Shown here: piece after piece, positions 1-11,757 of the stretch
Layout of the letters: every line of letters starts with the position of its first letter
Position numbering within the stretch: the stretch's first letter is position 1
Assembly (NCBI GenBank): GCA_002633005.1
Contig: NMRA01000008.1
Location: 1,259,080 to 1,323,079, forward strand
DNA from: Phoronis australis
Taxonomy: Eukaryota; Animalia; Phoronida
Length of the DNA: 64,000 nt
Reading direction: 5' to 3'
Program-made: the position numbers and the translations under genes
Notes under the pieces: generated by a model
Told to the model about the DNA's origin: nothing
The model's input: only the letters and a program-made list of their open reading frames with translations
Databases searched by the model: none

Positions 1-490
1 TCCTACTGCCTATGTATTGAAATACTTGTTGCAAGACTGTCGACAAATTTGTTTTCGTGTGTTGGATTTCGGTTGTAAGATGTGTTTGTTCGTTCAAACA
101 CCATAGGCCTGTTCCATCAAAAGTCAGGCATGTTATTGCAAACATGTTTTGTTTGTTTTTTCATATGAATGAAATGCAGCTACTAACATCAAGTTAACTT
201 TTCATCTTCAAACTTAACGACTACCATCACATTTATGAACTGCGTGCAAGTTAAAATTAAAGTCAGGTATGTTGTAGTTAAGACTGAACTTGTAATCTTT
301 GGTAAAAGTGGTCCAAGCTCTTCGTTTGCAGCGTATGGCTTGTTCCTCGAGTTCTAGAAGTCTGAGGGGGTATTCTCCAGAATAGTTTAGACATTGCTCA
401 CCCGTAATCACCCTCGCAAGTCTCAGGGGTGATAATGGGTGTCACCACGTAGCAAGTGTTACTTCACGCGATTGTCTGTTTGCCCGACAG

Positions 491-641
491 GTCATCCTTC
501 AGCGAGTTCGCCAGCAAGTATGGTAAGGACGAGCGATTCAAGGGAATTGAGAAGATGAGAGAGAGGGAAAACTTGTTCCAGGACCACCTGGTCGACCTGC
601 GACACAAGGAGAAGGAAGAAAGGTCCTCACAGAAAGAGAAG
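491..641 (+). CDS. TCERG1: TCERG1 (CA150) internal coding exon, FF domain (SSFSEFASKYGKDERFKGIEKMRERENLFQDHL...)
   Basis: Acceptor cag at 488-490 and donor gtatgt at 642. The peptide matches the FF-repeat region of TCERG1. The gene begins upstream of the window. Confidence 0.95.
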
Positions 642-2156
642 GTATGTTAACACTCAGAGGTTTGTGTACGGTCAGTTTGAAGGTCCAGCTGACTGATGCA
701 GGGTGGTCAGCAGTAACGCATTATCCTGTAAAGGGGACTGATACTTTTTTTCATACGTTAATTCACCCTGAAATTATGACGGTTGTTAAGTTCGTGAAGT
801 GGATAAGACTGTGTTGTTTTCTTAACGACGGAGTGGATTTTTAAAAAAAATGCATTGCTTTTTTGGTGTCCTCCTGCTTAAATAGTATCAATGATCAGTT
901 TTAAATAATTTATAGCAACATATCTGACTGTGTATTACTTTATGTAATGTTTTCGTTCTTCTGTACATTTTAAACAGTGTCATTCTGATATTACGTTGAT
1001 GAATTAACTATTTAATGAGTGTGCCATTCTGTGATGATTGCAAAACACATACGCCGTATATGTAACCCATTACATTTCAGCTGTTCTAAGCCTTTGTTTT
1101 CAGTTCGTGTTGTATTGCATTCAGTCATTGTATTGCCATGTGTCTTAATTGTTAACGATCACTTTAAGATTACGATCTGTGCTCGGTTGAAATGGCGCGT
1201 TTTATGCTGCATTGATAGTTTTTTACAATCGGAACTGCCACTAAATAGATATAACACGAACTTGTTCTGGAGAGTTTATTTTAAAAGTTTGATACCAGTT
1301 GACGTTGATCTCTCTTAACTTACGATTCTCAAGCCGTGTTTAAATATCCGCGCAGTTGTGAAGTAATTTGTTTCGCGTCTCTTAGTGTGTGAATGTCTAG
1401 TGTTATAATGTCACTATGCTTAAAAGGATAAATTTGTTTTTGAAAAGATCCAAGCGCTAGCAGGCTGAAGCGATCATGTATTTGTCTTTGTGTACAAGCA
1501 ATGTCGGGTCAGCGAATGGTCGGCATAAGTTGACCGCTCTCTCTTCTGGACACACGCTGTGAGCATCTAACTGCTACTACCCTTTGACCGTGTATACTAG
1601 AAAACCCTCATGGTATTTTGTGTTTAAAGTTTTCAACTGTTCTAATAAACTGGCAATGTGCCAACAAATTCCAAATCATTTTGGTGTTAGAGGCTTGTAA
1701 ATGAAATAACGTTGCTGTGTTACCTCACTTTGGAATTTCTAACTTCAAGTTACCAACATTACATTGCATCTTCCTCAATAGTATTTGGCCAGCTGAAAAT
1801 TGTGCCAAAGTGAGACCACCGTGTATCGTTTCTCGAGCTTTATAATTTGTTCTTTTTGATCCAAACCTACAAGCTCGATTTAACTAATTGCTGCGTCTAT
1901 GACGACTGCTCGGCGTAATTCGAGATACACACTGGCCATTATTGTTTTTCTGATTCGCTTATCGCTTATTTAATTGATGGACAACAAGATTGCCAGTACT
2001 TTAAGACTTGATGGTATTCGTTTTGTCACAGTGTTCAGTTGGCAAATCTGAGGGTAACATGAACAAAAAGACTGAGTCTGTAAGCAAATTTTAGTTGGAA
2101 GCCTTACCTTGCAAAGATTCGTGTTCGAAACGTTTATGGTATTTCTGTTATGCGCC

Positions 2157-2393
2157 CAGGCCCTCGCTCACCAGAGTGGACTGGTGAGAGGGTAATTTTA
2201 TGGGTGAGCTGAAAATCCCCCTCCCTGGGTCACCACTAATTCCAGCCCTCATCAGCGATGCCTTAGGTACCTAAAACTAACTGTGAAAGGAATATTTTAG
2301 TGATTGGAGGGGATTTTTTGTGCCTGATGAGGGAATTTTGCGATTTTTTCTTAGGAGAATGAGACGATAATTTGCGCCAAAGTTAAGGGCCCT
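2157..2393. mobile_element. MITE-like dispersed repeat (CAGG(G)CCCTC...AGGGCCCT ends), related copy at about 51030-51366
   Basis: Inverted ends plus internal blocks (gagagg..tttt, gggaattt..gcg) shared with the 51 kb copy. Confidence 0.5.
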
Positions 2394-3085
2394 ATCCCTG
2401 TGTCTCAGTTTAAGGCCCAATTTGTCTTTCTGAAAGGCTCTTCTTTTTGTTCATGCTACATGCTGGTTTTGATTATTTCGTGGCCGTGAAGCAGAGCAGG
2501 GAACTCTCATTTTGTACTTTTCAGTTGTGCAAAAGTTAACTTTGTGATCTATTGTTTCAAAACATTTTAAAAGAGGCCTGCTTAATCCGCGTTTTTCTAA
2601 TGTTATTTCATTGTAATTGTTGTTGAATGTATTGTTCTCTGTGCTGCTTCGTGACTTTCATAACAATTTGTAGTACTGCCACAGTCTAGTGCTGGTTAAA
2701 TGCAATGTGAGAAGTCTGATTTAAAATAACTTTACAGAAAAGCAGTTAACTGATTTTACACCGATATCTTGAGAACATGCTGATCAGAGTTTTGCAGAAT
2801 AGTAGTCAATTTTACATTCATTGGTGGTAATATAGTGTGCGGACCATGTTTTTGTTTTATCTTGAGCTTTCAGCTAGTCACATGTGTTGATAATGAATAA
2901 TGCCCTTTGTTTTCAGATACAATTTGCTTTGTGACCAAATATAACTATGCAATACATAATTATAAGCTGCTGCAGTTGACAGAATTTTCGATTTGCCAAC
3001 ATCAGAAGCAAACTTTCAATTGTAGCATGCTGTCGATAAAGAATCTGCACGACACGCTTGATACGATTCTGTAATTTGTGTTGAT

Positions 3086-3188
3086 AAAGATAATGTCTTT
3101 TGTTGGGTCCTTAATTTCGAGAACCAGTTTTCTCCACTGAGTCAAACTGGTTCTCAAAATGCAGCTCCTCCGTAAGTGACTATTGCCA
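3086..3188. mobile_element. Short palindromic MITE, same family as 19103-19212
   Basis: Hairpin GAGAACCAGTTT...AAACTGGTTCTC. Shares gagaaccagttttctccactga with the 19.1 kb copy (reverse complement). Confidence 0.55.
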
Positions 3189-3310
3189 ATTCTTAACACT
3201 GCGCCAATTGATTTTTATTACACTGAGTGTCAAGCTTGTCGGGATTCAGATTTCTAAGTTCATCTTCAGATTGTTGTGCCTCGTTTCTTATTGAACTAAT
3301 TGTGTTGTAG

Positions 3311-3478
3311 CTTAAAGTGGAGTTTATCCAACTGCTCAAGGAGACGTCGGGCTTGGATCGTAACTCTCGCTGGAGTGAGACTAAAAAGAAGATCGACTCC
3401 GATCCACGTTACAAGGCTGTAGATAGCAGCTCGCGACGTGAGGACTGGTTCAGAGATTACGTCAAGAACCTGGAAACA
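3311..3478 (+). CDS. TCERG1: TCERG1 exon, FF domain (LKVEFIQLLKE...WSETKKKIDSDPRYKAVDSSSRREDWFRDY)
   Basis: tag acceptor and gtaagt donor, 168 nt, phase 0/0, with the FF-domain W..DPRY..F signature. Confidence 0.95.
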
Positions 3479-4681
3479 GTAAGTGTTCTGGGGCACTCGA
3501 AGTATTGGTGTCTTTTATAGAAATTATGAGATTGGTGGTGATGGATGATTGAGCAGTGGGGTCACAGAAAAGTCAAATGGCTGGCCCAAGGAATACAATG
3601 CACTGTACTGTCAAATCTAATGGTTACACCATTTGTATCTGGTGGCTGGGGACCACAGTCATGTTACAGTTTGCAGAGTACCTATACGTGACTTTGGTAT
3701 TATCCATTTGGAGCACGTAGACTGATGCAATGTTTCTTGGACTTGACACTGTTGTGTCTAAAGCCAATGTGCCTATTTTGGGGTAACTGAGTACTTCTGG
3801 TACCAGGAATTTTTAAGTTGCGAGACCAATATTGCGAGTTTAGATCTCATCTTCTACAACTTAAAGACTAGCCTTGATACAAAGGTCCGGTAAGTATGCT
3901 GCCATGGATGGCTCTTGGTAAAACGAGTGATGACAAGAATTTGTGTCGTGAAAAACAACACCATCGGGTTGGCAGTAGGAATTTGCGGAGTTAAAATATT
4001 GTCCGCATTGTTCTGTTTCTCCGTTGCAGCTGAGTGTGCGGAATGGTGACATGCTTCACAGCGAAATGGCCACTTTCCGGTGGTGTTATATCATCAACTG
4101 TAATCTCACTGGGGCACAGCTTACAGCGGATCACTAGAATTGATTTCTCACTCGTTGTACCATGTGGTATTTTATCTGCTATTCTTCTCAGACTTATTTA
4201 CCGATGAAGTGAATTTAGATACAAATTTTACCGCTTGGACACGGTTGCCACGGCCACCAAACATCACGTGCCGCTGTGTTGCTAACACAAGCCTGGTGAC
4301 GGATGTAAAAGTATGTCACCAGCAAAGTGTAGCATAGTTGACAGCTTTATCTGTTGCAAAAAATGACAATTGTCAATAGTCTTGATCCACTGGAAATGGC
4401 TATTTTTCACCCACAGCAATTCCTGGATATTTTGATGTTAAGCCAGTGTAAAACTGGTTGGGTTACTGTGTTCAAGCATTGTCGATGACGATCGTTTCAA
4501 TCTACGTCTGCACTTGAAAATGAAATTTATTTTATTTCTGATGACAAATATCTTAGTTTAATTGAACAATAAGAAACAAATATTTGACGTCAAACTACTG
4601 ATTTGTTCGTCAAAATTTATACTTTGTTCTAGTGCATAAGTTTCAGTATTTGGCAGTCCTGTTATCTAGTTTACCCAGAAG

Positions 4682-4763
4682 TGAACTGTGATGAAAACAT
4701 TTGTTCTGGGCGCAGGATTTGTTCCCGGTCATTGGATTCATTCCCCCTCAGTCGTCTGATTCA
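4682..4763 (+). ncRNA. Candidate intronic box C/D snoRNA in a TCERG1 intron
   Basis: TGAA-CT-GTGATGA (box C 4688-4694) ... CTGA (box D 4756-4759)-TTCA gives a 4-bp terminal stem with kink-turn spacing, 82 nt long. No target was identified. Confidence 0.3.
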
Positions 4764-5489
4764 GTTGATTCAGCCATAGGATTTGGTGAAACCGTGCATA
4801 GTGTTTTTAGTCGGACAGTTGGATTTAGCAGTGCTGCACCAATTTTTTTCGGCGCTGTTGTTGGATTTATGGCACTGACCTTAGTCCTGTTTTTGCCCCT
4901 TTGACCAGCAGTACTCATGTTTAGCTGTTGCTGCTTATTCAACCAATAATACAAGTTGTGGCTTTAGGCAGTAATGAGATAAGAAACGAAACATTTCTGG
5001 TTTTCCATAATGATGGGGTTGAATCTTGGCATTTTTTCAGTAATACTAAAGCTGTCTTAAAACATCTTTTTTATTTTGAAATTTTGACTTCCAAAGGAAC
5101 CTTAAATATTACGTGAAATTTAAACTGTGTTGAAGAAGGGAGAAAATGTTGATTCGTCTGTATATGTGTTTGTTTTGTGCATTGAAGTTGACATTTATCT
5201 CATGATGTGATGTCCAATGGTCACGGGCTTAGTTGCCCTGAAACAATCGGGCACCTTTACCACCACGACAATATTGAAGGGAATTAATAAGATGTTAGTA
5301 TAAAGGTGGCCAAGTCGTTCTGTAATTAGAATTTTGGGAGTGTGAGACTTAATTTCTGCCTGAAGACCGCTTGTCTTGCTTGGGCCCGCTAATGCTTGAA
5401 TGGAGCAGTTATCACTTCCCTGGTGCTTGGTGAATAGGTGATGTTTATTGGTTTTGAAACAGCCAGTAATTATATGTTAATTTATGTAG

Positions 5490-5672
5490 GAGTCAGATGA
5501 AGAGGAAAGGCGAGAACGTGAGAAGAAAGAAAGACAGGAGAAGAGTATCAGGGAGCGGGAGAAGGAAGTGGAGCGCACCCTGTCGTCATCGCTGCGTGAG
5601 CGCGACAAGGAACGCGAACAGCACAAGAAGGACGAGGCCATCCAGCACTTCAACGCCCTCTTGGCCGATCTG
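5490..5672 (+). CDS. TCERG1: TCERG1 exon (ESDEEERRE...SIREREKEVERTL...RDKEREQHKKDEAIQHFNALLADL)
   Basis: tag acceptor and gtagga donor, 183 nt. Encodes a charged linker plus the start of an FF domain, as in TCERG1. Confidence 0.95.
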
Positions 5673-6213
5673 GTAGGAACCGCAGTTATCCAACTTAATG
5701 ATGCGTACAGATCTTTGACTAAGTTTCTGCGTGTGAAAGTGTGGAGACAAATCCGTTTCGTTTTAACAAAAATCCGTTTTAATTCCGGCTTAATCTCGTC
5801 AAAATCGCAAAATTTTGCACCTGGAATTATGCATGTCTGTCGATTTTGGCCAACAGAATTAGTGGGTATGCGCAATGCCATTGAATTTGTCTCTGATGGA
5901 AATTAGTGCACAGTTCGTTTTATACATTTTTAAATGCCTAGTAACACGTGCATTGTTGTATTGCAAACAGGTAGCAGATTCCAACTGCCAAAATTTAAAC
6001 TGCGAAAGTGGCGTAAATTTTATAGCAGATATTTGGGCTTATTTATTTGGTCCTGGACTAAAAATCCGATTTGTTTTACGAGGTTTTGTAGTAACGTGAA
6101 TGAAATGTACTGTATCACGTGGGAGTGGTCGGCATTTATTACTCTTTTGACCGCATGGATGTGTTCTGTATACATTACCCATTACACAACATGACTGTCG
6201 TTGTTCTTGGCAG

Positions 6214-6477
6214 GTGCGCAATTCCGAAGTGTCGTGGCGCGATACGCGCAAACAACTAAAGAAGGACTCTCGCTGGGACCTGGCCGACCTGATCGAGCGA
6301 GAAGAGAAGGAGAAACTATTTGACGAGCACATCCTGAGCCTGACCAAGAAGAATAAAGAGATGTTCCACAAGCTACTCGATGAGACAACGGAGGTGACGC
6401 TCACCTCCACCTGGAAGGAAGTAAAGAAACTGATTAAGGAAGACCCGCGTTATTCCAAGTTCTCTTCCAGTGATAGG
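6214..6477 (+). CDS. TCERG1: TCERG1 exon (VRNSEVSWRDTRKQLKKDSRW...TWKEVKKLIKEDPRYSKFSSSDR)
   Basis: cag acceptor and gtaagt donor, 264 nt, FF domains. Confidence 0.96.
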
Positions 6478-6795
6478 GTAAGTATTCCCTTGTTCTGTTA
6501 TGTTGTTGCTGCTGCAATCTTTTGGCTGGCTAGATTGTCAGCATTGGCATTGTCAGCGGTTTCATTGTCAATATCTGTTCTTTCTGTTGTCATCAGTGTT
6601 GAAGGTGGTATCATTGTTGTCTTCATTGATGTTATTGTCAGTGATTCTGGCACCATTTTCAATATTGGTGACGTGTTGTTTTGTCAGAGCGCATTCATTA
6701 TTTCATTATTGTTATTATTTTCTGATAGAAAAAACTGAAAAATGTGTATATATTCCCTGTTTGATTTTCTCTACATGTGGATGTTTGGTTTGTAG

Positions 6796-6896
6796 AAGCG
6801 TGAGCGCGAGTTCGACACGTACATCGAGGAGAAGTATGTCACAGCCAAGTCGGACTTCCGAGAACTACTGAAGGAAACCAAACTGATCACACACAA
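6796..6896 (+). CDS. TCERG1: TCERG1 exon (KREREFDTYIEEKYVTAKSDFRELLKETKLITH)
   Basis: tag acceptor and gttagt donor, 101 nt. It ends in phase 2, which fits the next exon. Confidence 0.95.
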
Positions 6897-6901
6897 GTTA
6901 G

Positions 6902-7040
6902 TAGTGGTGCAGCTCTGTTAGTGGTGCAGCTCTGTTAGTGGTGCAGCTCTGTTAGTGGTGCAGCTCTGTTAGTGGTGCAGCTCTGTTAGTGGTGCAGCTC
7001 TGTTATTGGTGCAGCTCTGTTAGTGGTGCAGCTCTGTTAG
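6902..7040. repeat. 17-bp minisatellite (TAGTGGTGCAGCTCTGT) x8
   Basis: Eight near-perfect units (one G>T) immediately after the TCERG1 donor at 6897. Confidence 0.97.
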
Positions 7041-7917
7041 TAGGCAGTGTAAAGAAACAGTTTATTGACTGGACTCTCACCAATCTGCTGTGATGCTGAA
7101 CCTTTAAGTACAATACCTGCTGTAAAAATTTTCCAGTTTTGTACAGTATTAGTTGTTTTGCTCATAAGGTTGGAGCTTGTACCAAGTTTTAGAAATAGGC
7201 AATGTTGGCCATACCAAGTTGAAGAATTACGTGAATTTTTTCAGCCTGTAGATCAGACATCAGCACTGCCCTCTGATGGGACAGCTTGTTAACAACACGA
7301 GAGTGGCCTCTGAACAATTTTTCCTCTCTTAATAAGTATCAGAAACATCAGATACATGGCATTACCAAGTAGTAAACAGCTTTAGGTTATTCTCTATTGT
7401 GAAGTGATTCAAGGTTTTCTGCCTCATAAATAACATTTAGTTCACCTTATTTGACTCCAGATGTGTGTGAACATTACCTTGCGAAGTGCCTATCGGTTGA
7501 ACATTCAGAACTTTTGTTGCTCAGAATGAAGTAGATCGATATAATCTTAAAATGATGTGGAACCTGATGAAAAGTGTTTGTTTTTAGAAAAAAAATCTGT
7601 AAGCATGGTCGTTTATTTTCCTGATGATTGAATTTACCACTGATCCCATTATGGTGAGGGAATTTTGTGCTAAGTGGAGAAAAAGACACAGCCCAAGGTT
7701 CATCTGAATTTGAATCTTAGCTTCATAAACTGCTGCTTGTTTACATTGGGGAACGTGTTTAATCTTGTGCCTTGCAGAAGTACGTCTGATAGCCATTCAT
7801 AACTGTGGCAGCCTTCAGCCCATTAGGTTGAATGAATAATTATTAGCTAGTAACCGGCAATCCAAAAGTATAGATAAGATCATCGCCGTACCAATCCCCT
7901 TTTCTTCATTATTGCAG

Positions 7918-7978
7918 GTCACTTAAAATGACGGAAGAGTCGGATGTTCATTTGAATGATGTTGAGAAAATCTTGGAG
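7918..7978 (+). CDS. TCERG1: TCERG1 exon (KSLKMTEESDVHLNDVEKILE)
   Basis: cag acceptor and gtaagg donor, 61 nt, in frame with both neighbouring exons. Confidence 0.93.
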
Positions 7979-8638
7979 GTAAGGGAAGATCTACTATTAA
8001 ATTGCAACCCGGTACTTGGCCAACTCTCAACTGTCCCGCATATAGTTGTAGAGTATCTTTGACCAAATCGCTAGGAAGATAACTCCGTTAACAATCGGCA
8101 ATCATTTATTTCACTCGTTTCAGCTGGCTGCCATTTTCGTTGCCCATTATTTTTTATGCGCCCACATATATGTGGACGCATTATCTTTGAATTGCACATT
8201 CTGTTGTGATGACGTTATTTTAAAGGCGATCTATTCACAAAATCCTGTTAATGCATGGACAGATGTCTGGGAGCGGGGTGCACAAGCACTCCTCGCACCA
8301 ATTAGGGATGACGCGATTATCTGTCAGTTGAATGTTTTTCATAGTTCACAGCGATGTTGATAAGGTTATAAAAATCACTTTCTACTAACTGTTTGAAGTT
8401 GTTGACTACACGCGTAAGTTATTTTTTATTTTTTGCGGACATGCCCTCAGCCCAGACGTTCAGTAGGATTTTACCTTATTTCGATAAAGTCTTTGGACCA
8501 GTTGGATCAGACTGGCACAAGTTTTACTGTAGTTGGCCATCTTCATTTCAAGCTATAAAGAGGCTAACACACAGCCATGATGGCCTGATCAAGTTTCTTC
8601 ATGATGCCAGATAATCTATACTGTCTATTGCTTTTCAG

Positions 8639-8785
8639 AATGACAAAAGGTACCTAGTCCTCGACTGTGTGGAGAACGAACGGAAGAAAATGGTCATTGC
8701 TTACATGGAAGACCTTGACCGAAAGGGTCCCCCACCGCCCCCTACAGCCTCCGAACCTTCTCGTCGAAGTGCAAAGAAAGAGTAA
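8639..8785 (+). CDS. TCERG1: TCERG1 terminal coding exon (NDKRYLVLDCVENERKKMVIAYMEDLDRKGPPPPPTASEPSRRSAKKE*)
   Basis: cag acceptor. The C-terminal NDKRYLVL...GPPPPPTASEP is diagnostic of TCERG1. Stop TAA at 8783-8785. Confidence 0.96.
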   Translation, partial: NDKRYLVLDCVENERKKMVIAYMEDLDRKGPPPPPTASEPSRRSAKKE

Positions 8786-9355
8786 ATGGTTCATCTTAGT
8801 GATGATTCACACGACACAAGGGTCGTAGTTGTGCCTCTTGTCTGTAGGGGTCACTGTTTTGTTAGGTAGCACGGTTAAATGGATCGCAAATAGCAGGGTG
8901 GAGGATTGGTTCAGTGACCTGGCTAGTAAGTTTAATGGCCAGTCTGTGTAAACTAAACTCTTCTCTAGAATTAATTTTGTGGACACGTGCAAAAACACCA
9001 ATTGTCAGATTTCTAAATTCTCTTGACAAGTTTCAGTCAAAGACTCCGTGACTTCCAGCTGCTAGGTAGTTTGTCCAGCCACTGGATTGTTCTTGCACCC
9101 TGTTTAGGATTATTCACTGTTGTAACATTGAATTGTGTGAAAAATTGAAAAGTAGGTCGTTCCAGTTGTACCTGTCGTGTTACTGTTCTGAATGCAATTA
9201 ATGCATCTGTGCGCAAATTTTAAAATCCTGTGTCTTTATTGAGGATTGTATCTTGAACACTTTTGGCAACGAATGATGTTTACGACGCAGCATTAAGCAA
9301 TGTTTTAATAGTCCTGTTGTCAATTTTAAGGTAAAAACTGTCTTGACGAGAATGT

Positions 9356-9361
9356 AATAAA
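9356..9361 (+). promoter_or_regulatory. Probable polyadenylation signal of TCERG1
   Basis: AATAAA about 570 nt after the stop, followed by a T-rich tract. Confidence 0.65.
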
Positions 9362-9689
9362 TATTTGTTTTTTTTTCTTGCTCTTTTTAATGTTCACCCA
9401 GTAGCATGTACAAAATCAATGAAATCTGCTTGTTTACACATTTCAAATTTTTATCGTAAAACCTTAACCCATTATAGTGCCCCTTTGGATATCACATTTA
9501 ATATGAAGTAGTCACTTCAGTATCAGATTGCAGAAGAAGTCATTGACGTCCATTTAGTCCCCAGATGTCCAATACCAAGCCACTAAAACACAATGGTCTT
9601 GAAATTTTCTTTACCACGACTTCATTTGTATTGTCATTACTAACATACAGCGTATTTATGAGACAAGGAAAATTTTAAGAAAACTTTGT

Positions 9690-9818
9690 TAGAGTTCAGT
9701 AACGCTAGGAACTCGATAAAATCAAGCCAAAACCATGTGTTCTTATTTCATATACACCCAATAACTTGCGAAATCTTGCTTTTTAGCAAGGTGCTAGTGC
9801 TGTTGAACTCCTCCCTGG
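9690..9818. mobile_element. Diverged copy of the GTTCAGTA..TACTGAAC MITE family
   Basis: gttcagtaacgctagga...ttgctttttagcaagg..ctag..gttgaac resembles 24212-24367 and 39233-39389. Confidence 0.55.
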
Positions 9819-10449
9819 GCTGTGTTGAGCAGATACAAGAATTTCGCTAGTAAATATTGTGATAGCGTGCTTTGCTTGTAATACATGGCAAAGTTGCATA
9901 TTCCTTCATTTCCTTAAGTTTCTCACCTCTGAGGAACACACCCCTAGGCTGGCTGAACCTTCCAATGTTAGACTGCTTCTGAATCATTGGGTGACTTAAA
10001 ATCCACAGGGTGGCATAGTGAGACGAATGTCTTAGCTGTACAAATGTATATTCAGGTAGTTGTTGAGTACCCTAAACGCAGATGGCCCCAAACTGTCAGA
10101 TGAACTTTCAGCTCTTGATCTATTCAAACGTGGAAAACAGAACCTTTTGTTCATAAGCGCCACCTATTGAACATGGCTTTGTCCATTAAACCATAGTCAC
10201 AATTACAAGTGAACGTTAAAACGTGTCACCATTGTGGCTCGGAAATTTTCAAGTCCAGAGCTGTGTACAGAGCAGGATGCACTAAAAGTCCCAGAAGCTA
10301 ACACGCACAAGCTTATAAATAAAGTAACCTATTAAACCAAAGATACCATCTCTCCAATCTCGCCCACAGTCGCCAAGTAGATTGTCTAAAGGGTTAGTCA
10401 TGCTTATCCATTCACAACTGATAAAATAGAAGTCAAAGTTAATCGGAGA

Positions 10450-10740
10450 AAATACAATTTTCCTATCATGATGGCCAACTCTGTTCATGGTAATAGCTGT
10501 AGAAAAGAAAAATAATTACTGAATGGCTTAGCCACCTAATACTAATTCTCCCTTCATTATCTGTCATGAGGGAAGACAACTCTGACGATAAATTTTGCTT
10601 AAGCCTATCCCCCATGACGGAATGCAGAGTCATTTTGTATATTTCTGGCTTTTACTGCACTAGGCTAACTTTAATTTTAAGATTTCAAGTCCGCATTTCT
10701 TCATCAAATAATTGCAGGCAGATAGAAGTCTTGACCAACT
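10450..10740 (+). repeat. Dispersed repeat, paired with about 13710-14005
   Basis: Shared blocks (attttcc, gaatggctta.cca, tcatga.ggaa, ctctga, agtcattttgt) occur in the same order. Confidence 0.55.
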
Positions 10741-10925
10741 GCTTGGTGATAAGCCAATTGTTTCTTAGAGAACTAGTCCTTTCTTCAAGATGATATTTCC
10801 GTATTTGGCCGTTTCCCTGTAAACAGATACAGATTAAGGCATGAAACGAGCTATTCTTTCGAGTAACCAACGGAGGCCATGTCTGTCACAGCTGAATCTG
10901 CCAAACTTAGATTACAGATTACATT

Positions 10926-11757
10926 ACAAGATCAACTTGAGCCCGAATGCACCACAAACGGTGTGCTTTTAGTGGTGTATATTTGATTGATAAAAATGGC
11001 CACTAGATGGAGAAAAATATGCTGAATCGTCTGAAAACGCAATCGTGTCGTTGATTCTTAAATAGAAAACTATTAATAAAATTTCATGAAAATCCGTTAA
11101 GGAACTTCTGAGAAACGGAGGAAAACGGAAAGAAATGAAATTGTCATTAGGGGGCACAGTGTTCGCTGGATCCGTCTGAAAGTTGTTGTCTGTTGTCAGC
11201 TTCATATAAATACACTTGCTAAATTTAATAAAGATACTGCAGTGGGTTTAGGAGATACAGCTGTGGGTGCAAAAAAAGTGCCACTAGGAGGTGCCACAGT
11301 AGTCGGAAAATAATTGTCAACTGTTCTCTTCACACTAAGAACAAAATATGCCAATTTTCACAATTATCCTTGGAGTGGTTTGCTTGATAGAGGGGCAGAC
11401 TCGACAACAGTAAAAATGGGCACTACATGGTGCAAAATACCTCGAATCCATGAAAACGGGAGGATAGTGTAATCTCACTACTTGATGCCTACCGGTATGT
11501 GCCAAATTTTATGAAAATCTGTTAAGCACCTGTTTGAAGATACAGAGGTAAGCGTAAAACACTAAAATTGCCACTAGGGGACACACTGGATGTCGGATCT
11601 TTCCGAAATTCGTCATCATCCGTCATAAACTTCATAGGAACACATCTGCCAAATCTCATCAAGATCCTATGATGGGTTTAGGAGATACAGCTGCAGACGA
11701 CGGACGCCCAGACAGAGATGACGGCAATATGCACCCAAATGTATATGGGCGAATAAA
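10926..11757 (+). mobile_element. Non-autonomous Helentron-like (DINE-1/HINE/pearl-type) element
   Basis: Begins with ACAAG and has internal degenerate tandem units (aaatttcat.aagatcc, ttaggagatacagctg, ccactaggggg). These are followed by a GACG/GACA micro-repeat (11695-11722) and a 3' hairpin (cacccaaatgtatatgggcg) before an A-rich end. Confidence 0.6.

Noticed and set aside
6478-6738. Hydrophobic, TM-like extension of the 174-aa ORF after the TCERG1 exon
   Set aside because: Read-through into a T/G-rich low-complexity intron past a canonical GTAAGT donor.
6902-7040. CRISPR-like regular repeats
   Set aside because: Head-to-tail units with no spacers in eukaryotic DNA, so a minisatellite.
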